This document shows, piece by piece, positions 35,939 through 45,199 of a stretch of DNA of 64,000 nt (within the stretch, counting starts at the first letter, position 1; each line of letters begins with the position of its first letter). The notes beneath the pieces are model-generated. The model searched no databases, was not told the origin of the DNA, and saw nothing but the letters and a program-made list of their open reading frames with translations. The DNA is from a virus. The stretch covers positions 1 to 64,000 of IMG/VR virus record IMGVR_UViG_3300034389_000010. One strand, 5' to 3'. The translations under genes were made by a program, and so were the position numbers.

Positions 35939-38900
35939 GCCTGTCATGACGGCGCTGCTGCGCGTCCAGCTATCGAATGACCTGGCGGCCGAGGTGGCCG
36001 CCTTGCCGGCAACCAGCCCCCTGGGGCGAGTGCAGGCCACGGGGCGCATCGTCGCCCTGCTGCAGCGCCTGGAAGGCCTGACCATCACCCCCGAGCAGGC
36101 CGCGTTCGACAAGGCCAAGGCGTTCTATCAGGGCACCCTGCAGGGGCAGATCGTGCAATCCGTGGTTGGCCCGGTACGACTGACCGGCAAGGGCTGGCGC
36201 AAGGCGAAATTCGGCCTCAAGGAGGACCTGCTCAAGGCCCGCCTCATCGAGCACATCGTGGAGATCCTGCAGGGCGGTACCGCTGGCCAGCGCCGCGAGC
36301 CCTACAAAGAGCGCGATGACGGCATGGTCGCGTTCTACTTCATCCAGAAGGATGTCCAGATCGACCAGGAGCTGGTCACCGCCGGCGTCACCGTGGGCGA
36401 GGATGCCCAGGGCAATCTGTTCTACAACGTCTCGCATGCCGGGGCCAAGGGCTGGACCGCAAACGAAAACGAAAACGGCACCCTTGATTCCACATGGATA
36501 GAGCCACGCTTCGTCTTGGATGCCGTCAATGACAGCGTAGCAGAGGACGATCTCAATATCACTATCCTGGCAGTGCGTCCTGTCGGCGGCCGCCAGGCCT
36601 TCGCCACGGTGGTGCCGGACAAGGGCGGCGCCGTGCTGATCCTGGGCGATGCCGATGCGATCGCCATGCGGGTCCGCGAGCAGTTCGGCAAGCCGCAGAT
36701 CGTCGAAGGTGGCGTGCGCCTGACCAAGGGCGACGCGCGCCTGGCCGAGTTCATCCCGCGCGAGATCGAGACGCTGGCCAGCGGCGCGGTGCTTGAGCAC
36801 TACGCCTCGGGCGGCGTCGCCGTGCGCGGGGACTTCCGGGGCGGCCTGGAGGGCATCGCCCAGGACCTGCCGCACCTGGAGTCGGCTTTCGTGTACAGCC
36901 ACGGGCCGGAGGTGTTCGCCCAGGTGTTCGGCAAGGAGGCTGACCCAGCGGATGCTCAAGCCTATTTCGAGCAGCAGGACGAGATCGCCCAGCGCCACGC
37001 GGACAACGAAGCCCGCGAGACGGCGGAACGCATCGAGTACGCCCGGCGCACCGACGACTGGAGCAAGGTCACCGCTGAGGAGCGCGCCCAGCTCCAGGCC
37101 GAGCGGGATGCCGCCATGCGTGCCTATGCCGAGCGCGACCTGGCCAATTGGATGGCCACCATCGGCACCGGTACCTCGGATAACCCGCGCCTGCAAGCCT
37201 ATCTGGACACCGTCGAGGATCTGTCGCCAGAAAACCGCACCATGATCCAGGTCGGTTATATGGGCTGGATCCCTAAGCGCATTGCCGAGTACGAGCCCAC
37301 CGCCGGCCGTATGCCCTACCTGCCGGGCTCGCCCACATACATCGCCTGGCAGGCGGGCTTTACCGCCCTTTGCCGCGCCTGGGCTGATGCGCACCTGTCC
37401 GAACGGGTCAAATCTACCGCCTCCGCTGAGCAGGCGCCGCTGTACCAGGTGACCGAGCTGTATCACGGCACGGCCCTGCCCTTCGATACGTTCGCCGAGG
37501 GCCAGCGCCGTGGCGCCGGCTTCGATCACCAGGGCGCCGGCTGGTACCTGACCAACGATCGCCAGGGCCTGGCCCGCTACTTCGCCAGCATGGCCGCCGT
37601 CAAGCTGTCGGGTCGCCCAGGCTTCACCCCCGAGGAGCAGGAGCTGCTGGAAGAGGGCGTGATTCTGCGCGTCTCGATCGCGGGCACCAGGGTGCTGGAT
37701 CTGACCCGAGTGGACGCCGATCCCGAGCTGGTGGCCATGGTGAGCGACATCGTCAACGGCAACGCCCTGCGCGAGCGTGTGCTGGCCATGGGGCTCGATG
37801 GCGTCGCCTTCGTCGAGCCCAACCCGCCCGAGGGCGTGGTAACGCTGCCTGACGCCGTCACTGTGGTCATGTACCACCCGGAAAAGGGCAAAGTCCTGGG
37901 CTACGAGGCCGCCGAAAGCGTGCCGGAGCTGCCTTTCCCCTCGGAGGATCCCCAGCCCGTGCCCCCTACCGGCCGCGCCAAGCCGGGCGGCGAAGTGGGC
38001 GTTAATGGCTTCTTCTACAAGGGCGGCACCTTCCTGCCGACCACCCAGCTGCCGCTACAGGGCAGCCAAGGCCGTACCGCGACCCGCGTCCGTACCTTGC
38101 TGATCGAACCCGGCGTGCGCGCTGAGGCGCCCGATGGCTATGCGGCCATTTTCGGCAGCTACCTGGAGTTCATCCAAGTCGGCGCCGATGGCGTGGCCAG
38201 CCTCCTGGTGCGTCCAGACGAGGCGATCGCCGCCTATGTGAACGATGACGTGGCCGAAGGGCGTGCGTTCCTGCGCGCGGCCGTGGATGCCTACAACGGC
38301 GGCATGCGCTGGTACAAGGCGGGCGACATCGAGGTCACCGAGGAGCACCGGGAGGAGCCGGCCGCCCCTGAGTACGAGATCATCGAGCACGAGACCGGCC
38401 GGAAAAAGATCCTGCGCGGCATCGTCCGGACCGACCTCACCTATGCCCAGGCCAAGGCGATCGATGAGTACACGTTCAAGAAGAACGGCGGCTACTTCAT
38501 CCGCGAGAAGCACCTGGAGAGCATGGGTCTTGCTCCGGCCGGCGGTGGCGAGCCCGCACCGGAGCCGGCTCTGGACCCCGAGGCCGAGGCCCTGCGCCAG
38601 CAGCAGCGCGAGATCGAACGCCAGCAGCGCGAGGCCGATCGCCTGGCCAATGAGCAGGAGCGTGAGCGCCGCCGGGTGACCGAGCAGGTCGCGACCCTGC
38701 GCAAGGTCGCCGCCAGCAGCCTGGAAAAGGCCACCGAGGAGCTGAATCGCGACCGCCAGACCAATACCGCCCGCCGCGCCGGCATGGCGGCCAGCATCCT
38801 GGAGCGCGCCGAGAAAGATCGCGCCCTGTCGGTGACCCTGGGCAACCTCGCCGATGCCATCGAGCAGGGCAAGGCGACGCACCTGGCGGGCCTCACCAGC

Positions 38901-39899
38901 AAGGCCCAGCTGGACACCCTGCATAACGCCCTGGTCGGCGGCCGGCACCGGGCGCAGACCGGCCTGAGCTATGCCCAGCAGCAGGAACTCAAATACTCGC
39001 CGCTGTCGGGCAAGGACGCAGGCTATGCCCAGCTGCCGCGCCTGTTCATGAACCATGACTATGACGCCGTGCAGCGCGCCCTGGAGACCGGCAAGCCCAA
39101 GGGCTGGCAGGCCCTTTCCCGGCAGCTCAAGCAGCAGGACCGGGACAACATCGACCCCGTGCTCTACAACGCCGTGTGGAAGGCCCTGGAGAGCGTCGGC
39201 AAGACGGACGCCTTCAACTGGTACGGCCGCGAGCAGCTGGCCAAGCGGAACCGCCTGACCCGCATGGGCCTCACCACCGACGATGAACTACGCATCGCCC
39301 TGGGCGAGTACCTGCAGTTCAAGGAGGGCGTGCGCGACGATCCGATCGCCAGGGCGGAGCTGGCCATCGTCGGCGAGAAGGTTGGCCTCGATTTCTTCCC
39401 AACGCCCAAGGGCGAGGCCAGCAACATGGCAAGCCTGGCGCAGATCACCAAGGGCATGCGAGTGCTGGAACCGTCCGCCGGCAACGGCAACCTGGCCGAC
39501 GCGGCCCGCGCCGCCGGCGCCGACGTGGACGTGATCGAGATCAGCAGCAGCCTGCGCAAGATCCTGGACGCCAAGGGCTACAACCTGGTGGCGCACGACT
39601 TCATGGAGTTCGCGCCCGAGCAGCCCTATGACGCGATCCTGATGAACCCGCCTTTCTCGAACCGCCGCGACGCCGACCACATCCGACACGCCTTCGGGAT
39701 GCTCAAGCCCGGTGGCCACCTGGTGGCGATCGCAGGCGAAAGCGTGTTCAACGGATCGGACGCCAAGGCGGTGGCCTTCCGCGACTGGCTGGACCAGCAC
39801 GGCGCCGAGGTCGAGCGGCTGGCCAAGGGGACGTTCGAGGACAAGAAACTGCTGGCCACCACCAGCGCCAATGCCCGGCGGATCGTCCTGGTCCGCTGA
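35931..39899 (+). CDS. Large polyvalent protein: LPD3-like, ADP-ribosyltransferase-like, C-terminal N6-adenine methyltransferase
   Basis: LYHGT..F..F...G.G.YLT (ART-PolyVal-like); DFFPTP, VLEPSAGNG, NPPF methylase motifs. Confidence 0.8.
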   Translation: MSKPVMTALLRVQLSNDLAAEVAALPATSPLGRVQATGRIVALLQRLEGLTITPEQAAFDKAKAFYQGTLQGQIVQSVVGPVRLTGKGWRKAKFGLKEDLLKARLIEHIVEILQGGTAGQRREPYKERDDGMVAFYFIQKDVQIDQELVTAGVTVGEDAQGNLFYNVSHAGAKGWTANENENGTLDSTWIEPRFVLDAVNDSVAEDDLNITILAVRPVGGRQAFATVVPDKGGAVLILGDADAIAMRVREQFGKPQIVEGGVRLTKGDARLAEFIPREIETLASGAVLEHYASGGVAVRGDFRGGLEGIAQDLPHLESAFVYSHGPEVFAQVFGKEADPADAQAYFEQQDEIAQRHADNEARETAERIEYARRTDDWSKVTAEERAQLQAERDAAMRAYAERDLANWMATIGTGTSDNPRLQAYLDTVEDLSPENRTMIQVGYMGWIPKRIAEYEPTAGRMPYLPGSPTYIAWQAGFTALCRAWADAHLSERVKSTASAEQAPLYQVTELYHGTALPFDTFAEGQRRGAGFDHQGAGWYLTNDRQGLARYFASMAAVKLSGRPGFTPEEQELLEEGVILRVSIAGTRVLDLTRVDADPELVAMVSDIVNGNALRERVLAMGLDGVAFVEPNPPEGVVTLPDAVTVVMYHPEKGKVLGYEAAESVPELPFPSEDPQPVPPTGRAKPGGEVGVNGFFYKGGTFLPTTQLPLQGSQGRTATRVRTLLIEPGVRAEAPDGYAAIFGSYLEFIQVGADGVASLLVRPDEAIAAYVNDDVAEGRAFLRAAVDAYNGGMRWYKAGDIEVTEEHREEPAAPEYEIIEHETGRKKILRGIVRTDLTYAQAKAIDEYTFKKNGGYFIREKHLESMGLAPAGGGEPAPEPALDPEAEALRQQQREIERQQREADRLANEQERERRRVTEQVATLRKVAASSLEKATEELNRDRQTNTARRAGMAASILERAEKDRALSVTLGNLADAIEQGKATHLAGLTSKAQLDTLHNALVGGRHRAQTGLSYAQQQELKYSPLSGKDAGYAQLPRLFMNHDYDAVQRALETGKPKGWQALSRQLKQQDRDNIDPVLYNAVWKALESVGKTDAFNWYGREQLAKRNRLTRMGLTTDDELRIALGEYLQFKEGVRDDPIARAELAIVGEKVGLDFFPTPKGEASNMASLAQITKGMRVLEPSAGNGNLADAARAAGADVDVIEISSSLRKILDAKGYNLVAHDFMEFAPEQPYDAILMNPPFSNRRDADHIRHAFGMLKPGGHLVAIAGESVFNGSDAKAVAFRDWLDQHGAEVERLAKGTFEDKKLLATTSANARRIVLVR

Positions 39900-39901
39900 A
39901 T

Positions 39902-39943
39902 CGGAAAGTCCCGAAAATGGGGTGTCCGTCACGCTTTTATCGT
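39902..39943 (+). promoter_or_regulatory. Late-promoter element CGGAAAG-N29-TATCGT
   Basis: Upstream of capsid operon. Confidence 0.8.
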
Positions 39944-39998
39944 TGAAGCCAGCCCGCCCAGCCGTGGGCGACTCATTTCAGCGAGAGACGGACACCCT

Positions 39999-41663
39999 AT
40001 GACTCGTCACACCTACGACAACCTGGACCACGCGAAGACCGAACGGGCTTTCGATGGTCTGTACCACGAAACCAAAGGCGGCGAACTGCTGCTGGACAGC
40101 GCCGGCGATGGCCCTGTGCAGAGCTTCCTCAAGTCCGAGCAGCTGCCCGAGTGCCTGACCGTCGCCCTGGACCGCGTCTCCGGCATCGCCGACGTCAGCC
40201 GCAAGATGATCGTGGACTCCGTGCTGCAAGGCATGCGCATCCACGAGCAAAAGCACGGCGTCCTGCCGAGTGCTGACCTGATCGCGTCCGCCCTGGACCA
40301 GGTCAAGGCTCACACCTCCACCGGCAAGGAACTGCTGCAGATCGACGGCGTCGGCAGCACCGAGCACCACGACCCGCTGGGCACCCAGCCCGAGCGCATC
40401 CAGCTCGGCATCCTGGCGCAGATCGCCGAAGGCTTCCCGGCCGCGACCTACCTGCCTTGCGACATCGGTTCCAACAAGGCGCTGCTGGGCATCGTCGGCC
40501 ACCGCGCGCTGACCTCTACCGGCGAGTACAACGCCAAGGACTCGCTGGACGGCATCGCCCTGGGCGGTACCTTCCTGAACTCCGAGCGTCGCGTGACCAT
40601 GACCATCGGCGCCGATCGCCTGAGCGCCACCGGCGCCCTGAGCCTCAACAAGGCCGGCGGTTCGGTCAAGCTGTTGCGCAATCGCACCATGGTGTACGTC
40701 AACGGCTTCCCCATGGCCGAGGAAAACACCAACTACAACACCACCCCGACTCAAAGCCCGATCAGCGGCATGGTCACCCTGGCCGGTGTCGAGATCGGCA
40801 TCACTGGTTGGGTCAAGCCGGACACCGGCGAGATCAGCCTGACCTTCACCTCTGCGCTGCCGGCGGGCACCAAGGTCGTCGGTGAGGGCTTCCTGGACTA
40901 CGAGGCCGATCCGAGCATCACCCCGGAGCTGTCCAGCAACGTCCAGACCTACTCGCTGTACGCCCATGCCTGGCGCGGCGTGATGCGTCAGACCATCGAC
41001 TCCAAGACCCAGTACCAGAACGAGCTGGGTATCGACCTGCTGAGCGAGTCGATGATGTCGGCCCGTAACCAGCAGACCGTCGAGCGTCACCGTTCGATCC
41101 TGCGCAAGGCGATCGACCTGGGTGCTGCCAACCAGGATACGTTCGACTTCGACTACGACGGCATGATGCAGCAGAAGACCCGCGCCCAAATCTGGCAGGA
41201 CTTCACTGCCATCCTGGGCAACGTCGATCAGCAGATGGCGATCGACACCATGGATCGCGGCATCACCCACCTGTATGTCACCAAGCTGGTGAAGGCGCAG
41301 TGGGAGGCCCTGCCCTCGGACCTGTTCGAGAAGTCGGGTCTGCCGTCGCAGCCGGGTATCTACCGCCTGGGCCGCCTGTTCGGTCGCTTCGAGGTGTACT
41401 ACACCCCGTGGGAGCTGAAAGAGGACGAGGCCGCCGGTACCGCGCAGATCCTGTGCCTGGGCCGTTCCGCGACTCCGGCCCGCAACAGCTTCGTGCTGGG
41501 CGACGCCGTGCCGCTGATCATGCTGCCGCTGGCTGTGAACTCCGACCTGCGCTACGGCCAGGCGCTGTACGCCCGGAACTTCACCGCCGTGAACCCGCAC
41601 CAGCCCAGCGCCAAGGGCGCCGCGCTGATCACCGTCACCGGTCTGTTCAAGAAGGCCGCGTAA
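39999..41663 (+). CDS. Major capsid protein (P1 gp23-like)
   Basis: 554 aa, highly biased codons, before sheath, P1-like Q.QNELGID and G.AVP motifs. Confidence 0.8.
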   Translation: MTRHTYDNLDHAKTERAFDGLYHETKGGELLLDSAGDGPVQSFLKSEQLPECLTVALDRVSGIADVSRKMIVDSVLQGMRIHEQKHGVLPSADLIASALDQVKAHTSTGKELLQIDGVGSTEHHDPLGTQPERIQLGILAQIAEGFPAATYLPCDIGSNKALLGIVGHRALTSTGEYNAKDSLDGIALGGTFLNSERRVTMTIGADRLSATGALSLNKAGGSVKLLRNRTMVYVNGFPMAEENTNYNTTPTQSPISGMVTLAGVEIGITGWVKPDTGEISLTFTSALPAGTKVVGEGFLDYEADPSITPELSSNVQTYSLYAHAWRGVMRQTIDSKTQYQNELGIDLLSESMMSARNQQTVERHRSILRKAIDLGAANQDTFDFDYDGMMQQKTRAQIWQDFTAILGNVDQQMAIDTMDRGITHLYVTKLVKAQWEALPSDLFEKSGLPSQPGIYRLGRLFGRFEVYYTPWELKEDEAAGTAQILCLGRSATPARNSFVLGDAVPLIMLPLAVNSDLRYGQALYARNFTAVNPHQPSAKGAALITVTGLFKKAA

Positions 41664-41674
41664 GGGGGTAGATC

Positions 41675-42301
41675 ATGGGACGGCGGACTAGCTCCAAAGC
41701 AACCTCCGCTGCCGTTGCGAAGCCTGCCGCCACTACCTCGGTAGTGGCGGACACCGCCGCCCTGGATCCCCTCGCGGGGGCTCAGGGCGGTTCCGCATCT
41801 GCAGCAGACCAAACCCCTCCCACCCTGACCGGCGAGCTTCTGCCGCCCGAGGGTGGCCCTTCCACCGGTACCGAGCCGCCGGCCAGCGCCGACGCGCCGC
41901 CTTCGAGCGAGGCGTTTGCCCCGCAGAGCGAAGGCCCGGCAGACGATGAGCCCCCGGCTGACCCTGAGACGCCGCCCGCCGGAGACGACACCCCGCCCGT
42001 GCCTACGCCCGAGACGCCGAAGCCGGACGAGCAGGAGCAGGACCAGGACGGCGACGGCGACGGCGAGACCGACCAGGACGACGACGAGCCCGCCGAGATC
42101 CTGCAGGCCGAGCTGGCCAACCACACCCCGACCCGTCAGGTGCTGCGCCCGCTGGCGCTGGTGCTGGAGCCGGCCGAATCGAAAACCGTGACCTTCCGCG
42201 ATGCCGAGCACGAGACCAAGTGCCGTGAGCACATCGCTGCCCTCGCCCGCCTCAATGGCTGGGGTGAAGGCGAAGGCCTGCACTGGAGCACCCAGGAATG
42301 A
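41675..42301 (+). CDS. Acidic Pro-rich virion/assembly protein
   Basis: Low-complexity N-terminus with small C-terminal domain. Confidence 0.55.
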   Translation: MGRRTSSKATSAAVAKPAATTSVVADTAALDPLAGAQGGSASAADQTPPTLTGELLPPEGGPSTGTEPPASADAPPSSEAFAPQSEGPADDEPPADPETPPAGDDTPPVPTPETPKPDEQEQDQDGDGDGETDQDDDEPAEILQAELANHTPTRQVLRPLALVLEPAESKTVTFRDAEHETKCREHIAALARLNGWGEGEGLHWSTQE

Positions 42302-42651
42302 CCACCCGTAAGAGCAAGGCCGACGTGGCCACCGACGCCCCGGCCGACACCGCCGATGCTGTGGCGGTCACCGAGCCCAAGGTGCTGGTGATCGGCGCCG
42401 GCATGGACGTGGGCGTGCTGATCGAGCGGTTCGGCGAGGGCCTTGTGTACCCCGCCGACCTGACCATCAGCAACAGCCATCACAAGGCGCTGGTGCTGTC
42501 GCAGGCCCAGCCGATCCGCGTGATCGACGCCGGCGAGAGCGTGCAGCACACCGTGAACAACCCGGCCCAGCTGCACGACGTGATTTTCGGAATGGTGGCC
42601 GTGGGGGACCGTTTGGAGCGGGACACCATAGGCACCATCACCCAGGCCTAA
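42298..42651 (+). CDS. Hypothetical virion protein
   Basis: ATGA coupling. Confidence 0.55.
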   Translation: MTTRKSKADVATDAPADTADAVAVTEPKVLVIGAGMDVGVLIERFGEGLVYPADLTISNSHHKALVLSQAQPIRVIDAGESVQHTVNNPAQLHDVIFGMVAVGDRLERDTIGTITQA

Positions 42652-42664
42652 AGGGGCTCTATTC

Positions 42665-44287
42665 ATGACTCAAATCGCATTCATCCGAGGCGCGCCGGTG
42701 GCGCGTTCGGCTGTCCAGCTGCAGTACCTGCGCGACAACACCGGTCGCGGCGTGGTGACCGACAGCGACCAGGTGGTGGCCACCCTCGGCCGCTTCGAGC
42801 GCGGCCCGATCGATCGTGCTTTCGACGTCGATTCGAGCAACCGCACCCGTCGCCTGGGCGCCTCTGGATCCCTGCTGGCCAGCGCGCTCAACGAGCCGCA
42901 CCTGCAGGCCTATGAAATGCTCGACCGTGGCGCCGCTGCCCTGGTCGTCTCGCGCCTGGTGCCGGCCGCTGCCGTCAACAAGTACCTGATCGCCACCCAG
43001 GATGCGGCCACCAAGGCCATCACCTGGAGCACCGCCGCCGCCCTGCCCGCTGACTTCCTGGTCGCCATCAAGCACCTGGAATGCTTCAACGATGGCGTGC
43101 GCGTGTCGATCAACGCCGTGGCCGCACTGGCTGCCGATGGCGTCACCGCCGCCGACGCCACCGTGATCAAGCTGCGCCTGATCGACATCGCCACCGGCGA
43201 TGCGCTGTTCGACGACTTCGTGGGTTCGCTGGTGGCCACCGCCAAGGACGAGTTCGGCCAGTCCTATTTCCTGCCGTCGCGCGTCTCCAGCCTGACCGAC
43301 CTGGTCGAAGTGACCGTCAAGGGCACCAGCGTGGGCGCCGCCTCGAACGCCTACGGCGTGGACGCGAGCGAAGCCGACAAGTGGGTCACCGCCGACCTCA
43401 ACTACTTCTCCGAGGGCGGCACCACCTACGCGATGACCGACTACGACGCGGCGATCAGCCGGCTGTTCCACAGCAACGTCACCTTCGGCTACCTGCACGC
43501 CGGCGGTACCGCCAACGTCGCCTTGATCGGCAAGCTCGGCACCCTGGCCAAGCGCATGAACAAGAAGTGGGCCTTCGACGTGCCCAGCAGCCTGACCACC
43601 GTCGCGGCCGCTGTCGCCTTCATGGCGAACCTGGGCCTGGACGACCACTACGCCGACGCCTACTGGGCGCCACTGGTCTGCGATGATCCGCTCAACGGCG
43701 GCAAGGCCTCCTGGGGCGCCTCCGGCGTGAACCTGGGCCTGCGCTGCCAGCGCAACGCACAGACCAACGGTGACGGCGTCGCACCCAAGCACTTCGCCGT
43801 GGCTGGCTCCGACTGGAGCCTTGGCCGTACCGGCGTGCGCCAGCTGCTGAACTTCGAAGACACCGATATGGAGAAGTTGGCCAAGGCCAAGATCAACCTG
43901 GTGGCCTACGAAAACTACGCCAGCGGCGGCAAGTACGCCTTCCTCGACTCGCTGACCTGCTCCAAGAGCAGCGGCGACAAGCAGCTGTCCACCGTCTCGG
44001 AAATGGCCACCGCCGTGGATGACGCGGTGACCCGCTACGCCAAGGAATGCCTGCAGAAGCCGATCGACGTGGCGATCGCCAACCTGACCACCTACCTCGA
44101 ACAGCTGTTCAAGGCGCTACAGCGCGCCGGCTGGCTGGTGGCTTCCGACGCCCTCAAGGGCGCCGCCTGGCGTTTCAGCGTGACCCCCAACAGCGCCAGC
44201 CCCAAGCAAAAGATCGACGTCAGCTACGACCTGAGCTACCAGGGCACCGCGCGCGTCATCACCGTTGCTCAGACCCTGAGCAAGTAA
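42665..44287 (+). CDS. Tail sheath protein (P1 gp22-like)
   Basis: GRFERGP N-terminus, LAKAKINLV..DSLT sheath C-terminal pattern. Confidence 0.8.
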   Translation: MTQIAFIRGAPVARSAVQLQYLRDNTGRGVVTDSDQVVATLGRFERGPIDRAFDVDSSNRTRRLGASGSLLASALNEPHLQAYEMLDRGAAALVVSRLVPAAAVNKYLIATQDAATKAITWSTAAALPADFLVAIKHLECFNDGVRVSINAVAALAADGVTAADATVIKLRLIDIATGDALFDDFVGSLVATAKDEFGQSYFLPSRVSSLTDLVEVTVKGTSVGAASNAYGVDASEADKWVTADLNYFSEGGTTYAMTDYDAAISRLFHSNVTFGYLHAGGTANVALIGKLGTLAKRMNKKWAFDVPSSLTTVAAAVAFMANLGLDDHYADAYWAPLVCDDPLNGGKASWGASGVNLGLRCQRNAQTNGDGVAPKHFAVAGSDWSLGRTGVRQLLNFEDTDMEKLAKAKINLVAYENYASGGKYAFLDSLTCSKSSGDKQLSTVSEMATAVDDAVTRYAKECLQKPIDVAIANLTTYLEQLFKALQRAGWLVASDALKGAAWRFSVTPNSASPKQKIDVSYDLSYQGTARVITVAQTLSK

Positions 44288-44296
44288 GGAGCCCTC

Positions 44297-45196
44297 ATGA
44301 TCGATTACCGCATGATGCTGCACGACATCCGTTCCAAGGGGGTGGCGCCGCAAGGCGCCACCCTGGACGCGGTCAAGCCTGCAGCCACTCCGGAGGTGCC
44401 CGAGGTGCCCCTGGCTGAGCCGGTCGTTACCGAGCCTGTGACGACCCTGGACAACGCGGCCGAGCCGACCCCTACCGAGCCCACGCCGGCGGCTGATCCT
44501 GCTGCTGGCGCCCCCGCAGGCGATCCTGCGCCGGTGCTGGATGGTGTCGTGGTCGAGCCCGAGCCTGCGCCTACCCCGGAAGGCAAGCCGATCTATGACG
44601 CGGCCGGTACCGCCCTGTTCGTCGATGACGTGGTCGGCACCGATCTGGACATCACCGCCGCCGCCATCGTCCAGGAGTGGGCGGAAACCCTGCCCGAGGA
44701 TCTGGACGACGGCGAAGGCCCGGCCGACCGCCTGCTGGCCCTGATGATCGGCGCCATGCCCGAGGACGAGTTCCCGGACGTGATCAGCGACGATGCGGCC
44801 GACGACCTGATGGACCTGGGCGACGCCGTGGGCGACGTGCTGGCCGACCTGGGCGTGGCCGATGAGGACCTGGACATCCTGCTCAACGACTTCGACAACG
44901 ATGTCGGCGAGCGCGTCCAGGAGCTGATCGCCGGCAGCCTCGCCGAGGGCGCAGATCCTGTGACCTTCGTGCTGGGCGATGGCAGCGATGAACCGGCCTT
45001 CGACGCCGTCTACCGCCGCCGCATCGCGGTCCGTGGTGGCAAGAAGGTGCGCATCAACAAGCGCGTCTCCGGTCGCGTGGTGCTGTCCGGCGCGCAAAAG
45101 GCATCGGTACGCAAGATGCAGCTCAAGGCCCGCACCAGCATGGCCAAGCTGCGCCGCGCCAAGTCGATGCGTGTCCGCCAGCGGATGGGCCTGTAA
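44297..45196 (+). CDS. P1 gp21-like protein (acidic body, basic C-terminal tail)
   Basis: Follows sheath; VRGGK...LSGAQK..R.KS.R.R..MG tail. Confidence 0.6.
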   Translation: MIDYRMMLHDIRSKGVAPQGATLDAVKPAATPEVPEVPLAEPVVTEPVTTLDNAAEPTPTEPTPAADPAAGAPAGDPAPVLDGVVVEPEPAPTPEGKPIYDAAGTALFVDDVVGTDLDITAAAIVQEWAETLPEDLDDGEGPADRLLALMIGAMPEDEFPDVISDDAADDLMDLGDAVGDVLADLGVADEDLDILLNDFDNDVGERVQELIAGSLAEGADPVTFVLGDGSDEPAFDAVYRRRIAVRGGKKVRINKRVSGRVVLSGAQKASVRKMQLKARTSMAKLRRAKSMRVRQRMGL

Positions 45197-45199
45197 GCC

